A DNA stretch of 64,000 nucleotides, taken from an uncultured candidate division Zixibacteria bacterium. Lineage in GTDB: Bacteria > Zixibacteria > MSB-5A5 > GN15 > FEB-12. The stretch's first letter is position 1. Every line of letters starts with the position of its first letter. Made by a program: the position numbers and the translations under genes. The stretch is from assembly GCA_963806185.1 (NCBI GenBank), contig CAWDXE010000001.1, forward strand, positions 736,001-800,000, in the 5' to 3' direction. This document shows positions 62,346-64,000 of the stretch, one piece after another. The notes beneath the pieces were generated by a model, which saw nothing but the letters and a program-made list of their open reading frames with translations, had not been told where the DNA came from and did not search any database.

Positions 62346-62991
62346 ACGGTTTCACCAGATCGGCAACAGGTTTGAATGATTTGCGATGAATCTCGCACGG
62401 ACCGTGTTCGGCCAGTTCGCGAAGGTGCGCCGGCGTCGGATACCCCTTATGGGTGGCAAACGCGTAATGCGGGTACAGTTTCTCGTACTTGCTCATGATC
62501 AGGTCGCGCGTCACCTTGGCGACAATTGACGCGGCCGCGATCGCCTTACACCGGCTGTCACCCTGTACGATCGCCATCTGCGGTATCGGCAGCTGCGGAA
62601 TCGGGAAGTTGCCGTCGACCAGCACGAAGTGCGGGGACTTCGCTCAGACCCTTCACCGCCTTCTTCATCGCCAACAGCGAGGCCTGCAGGATGTTGATCG
62701 AGTCGATCGCTTCGTTGTCGATGATGCCGACCGAACAGACCAGGCCCAGCTCGACGATCTGCTCGAACACACTCTCGCGACGCAGTTTGGTCAGTTTCTT
62801 GGAATCGTCGACACCGTCGATCGTAATCCCCGGCGGCAGTATGACCGCCGCAGCCACCACCGGCCCGGCCAGCGGACCGCGACCGACCTCATCGACTCCG
62901 CACAACGCATGACATCCCTTTTCCGTAGACGTGCCGTCTCGATCTCAGGGAAAGTCGATCAGGCTAAGCTGTGCGTGTCGCGGTGTTTCAC
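62329..62991 (-). CDS. rnhB: Ribonuclease HII, broken by indels
   Basis: [19 protein letters not shown] and INILQAS in ORF 62558..62905; [24 protein letters not shown] and HRKSF in ORF 62329..62625. Confidence 0.9.
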
Positions 62992-63094
62992 TTGTTCTCC
63001 AGCCGGAGTAATACCGGCAAATTAGCGTGCTTTACAAGCAATTAGTTGCTACTACTATATCGGCAGTCAACCGTGCAAAATTAAGAGCGGGTAT

Positions 63095-63766
63095 ATGCAG
63101 AAGAAGAATCGTCCGACAGCCGACAATCCCACCGAAAGACACCACCCACACCCGCGCGGGGCTCGTACACCAAGATGAAGCGCGCTCCCAAGCCCCGCTT
63201 CTTCGAGTTCTCCGTTATCGCCGGTGAACTAAAGGGCAAGTCGTTCACACCCCCGATCTCGGCATCACCCGCCCGCCGCTGACCCGCCTGCGCAAATCGA
63301 TCTTTGATTTTCTGACGCCGTATTTGCCCGATGCCCGCTATCTCGATCTGTACAGCGGAACCGGCTCGTATATGTTTGAGGCGGTCTCGCGCGGCGCCGG
63401 TAAAGTGGTCGGCATCGAACGCGACCCTCAGTTGACGAAGGCCATCAACGATCAGGCGAGGAAATTCAATGTCGATGATCGCCTGAACTGCTTTCTCAAT
63501 GACGTCTTTGTTCTGCTCCCGCAACTTGCGCGCCACGGCGAAGTGTTCGATATCATCATGATGGCGCCGCCGCAGTATTTGGGGCTGGTCAATCAGACCT
63601 TGCGACTGCTGAAGACCCTGCCGTCGCTTTGTGCGCGATGCTTTGATTCTCTGCCAGACGGATACGTCTGAATTGCGCTCATCTCAAGATCGACGGCTTC
63701 ACGTTGCAGCAGGAACGAAAGTACGGGAACACGACTTACACGGTGCTGAAGTTGGCGTCTGAGTGA
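63095..63766 (+). CDS. rsmD: RsmD-family 16S rRNA methyltransferase, broken by indels
   Basis: VIAGELKG, RKSIFDFL, LDLYSGTGS..FEAVSRGA and KYGNT lie in different frames; start uncertain. Confidence 0.8.
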
Positions 63767-63779
63767 TTCACTCCCCGCT

Positions 63780-63967
63780 CGTCATCCTGAATCATTCTTA
63801 TGATTCAGGACCTCAGTGTCCACCGCTCTCTCGATCACGCCATCGCGAGGCGCGCTTCGCGCCGCGGCGATCTTTCAGTTCGTGGTTGGCGTACGTCTCG
63901 TGCGCCGACTGATCCTACGGGCCCTCACCCCAGCCCTCTCCCGTGCTATACACTCCCTGGGAGAGGG
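63780..63967. repeat. Second mosaic palindrome cluster, sharing four unit types with 26800-27178
   Basis: Units at 63780-63825, 63838-63881 (39/44 identical to 26949-26992), 63882-63909 and 63921-63967. Confidence 0.85.
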
Positions 63968-64000
63968 TGACAGAGTGTCATGCCCGCCTTGAGCGCCACC

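Overview
A GC-rich bacterial chromosome segment, probably from a metagenome assembly of an uncultured diderm. The cohesin/dockerin-like modules, two 'YPNPFN...GVYF' C-terminal sorting domains and the multiheme cytochrome suggest candidate Zixibacteria or a related lineage (inference only). Main contents, left to right: an outer-membrane barrel and a cusCBA-type Cu/Ag efflux operon; a 2165-aa secreted vWA/Cys-rich-repeat protein; GH5, DUF2238, TauE, GYD, a methyltransferase, an SPFH + ribbon-helix-helix pair, a HEXXH protease and a CoA transferase; a small GIY-YIG nuclease gene bracketed by REP-like palindromes; a DEAD-box helicase followed by a mosaic palindrome cluster that recurs at the right end of the window; phoU-DUF47-pit, EamA, DUF853, an ABC exporter, a fatty-acid hydroxylase and a BNR lipoprotein; a nine-gene heme operon (hemACDBLENHY) converging on an rrf2-hemerythrin-qNor nitric-oxide module; an M14 peptidase, di- and hepta-heme cytochromes c, ettA, ispG, yraN, rnhB and rsmD. 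At least eight genes carry small indels that look like long-read assembly errors. I saw no rRNA, tRNA, CRISPR array, integrase or transposase. The best candidate for an undescribed system is the GIY-YIG gene with its associated REP-like repeat family.
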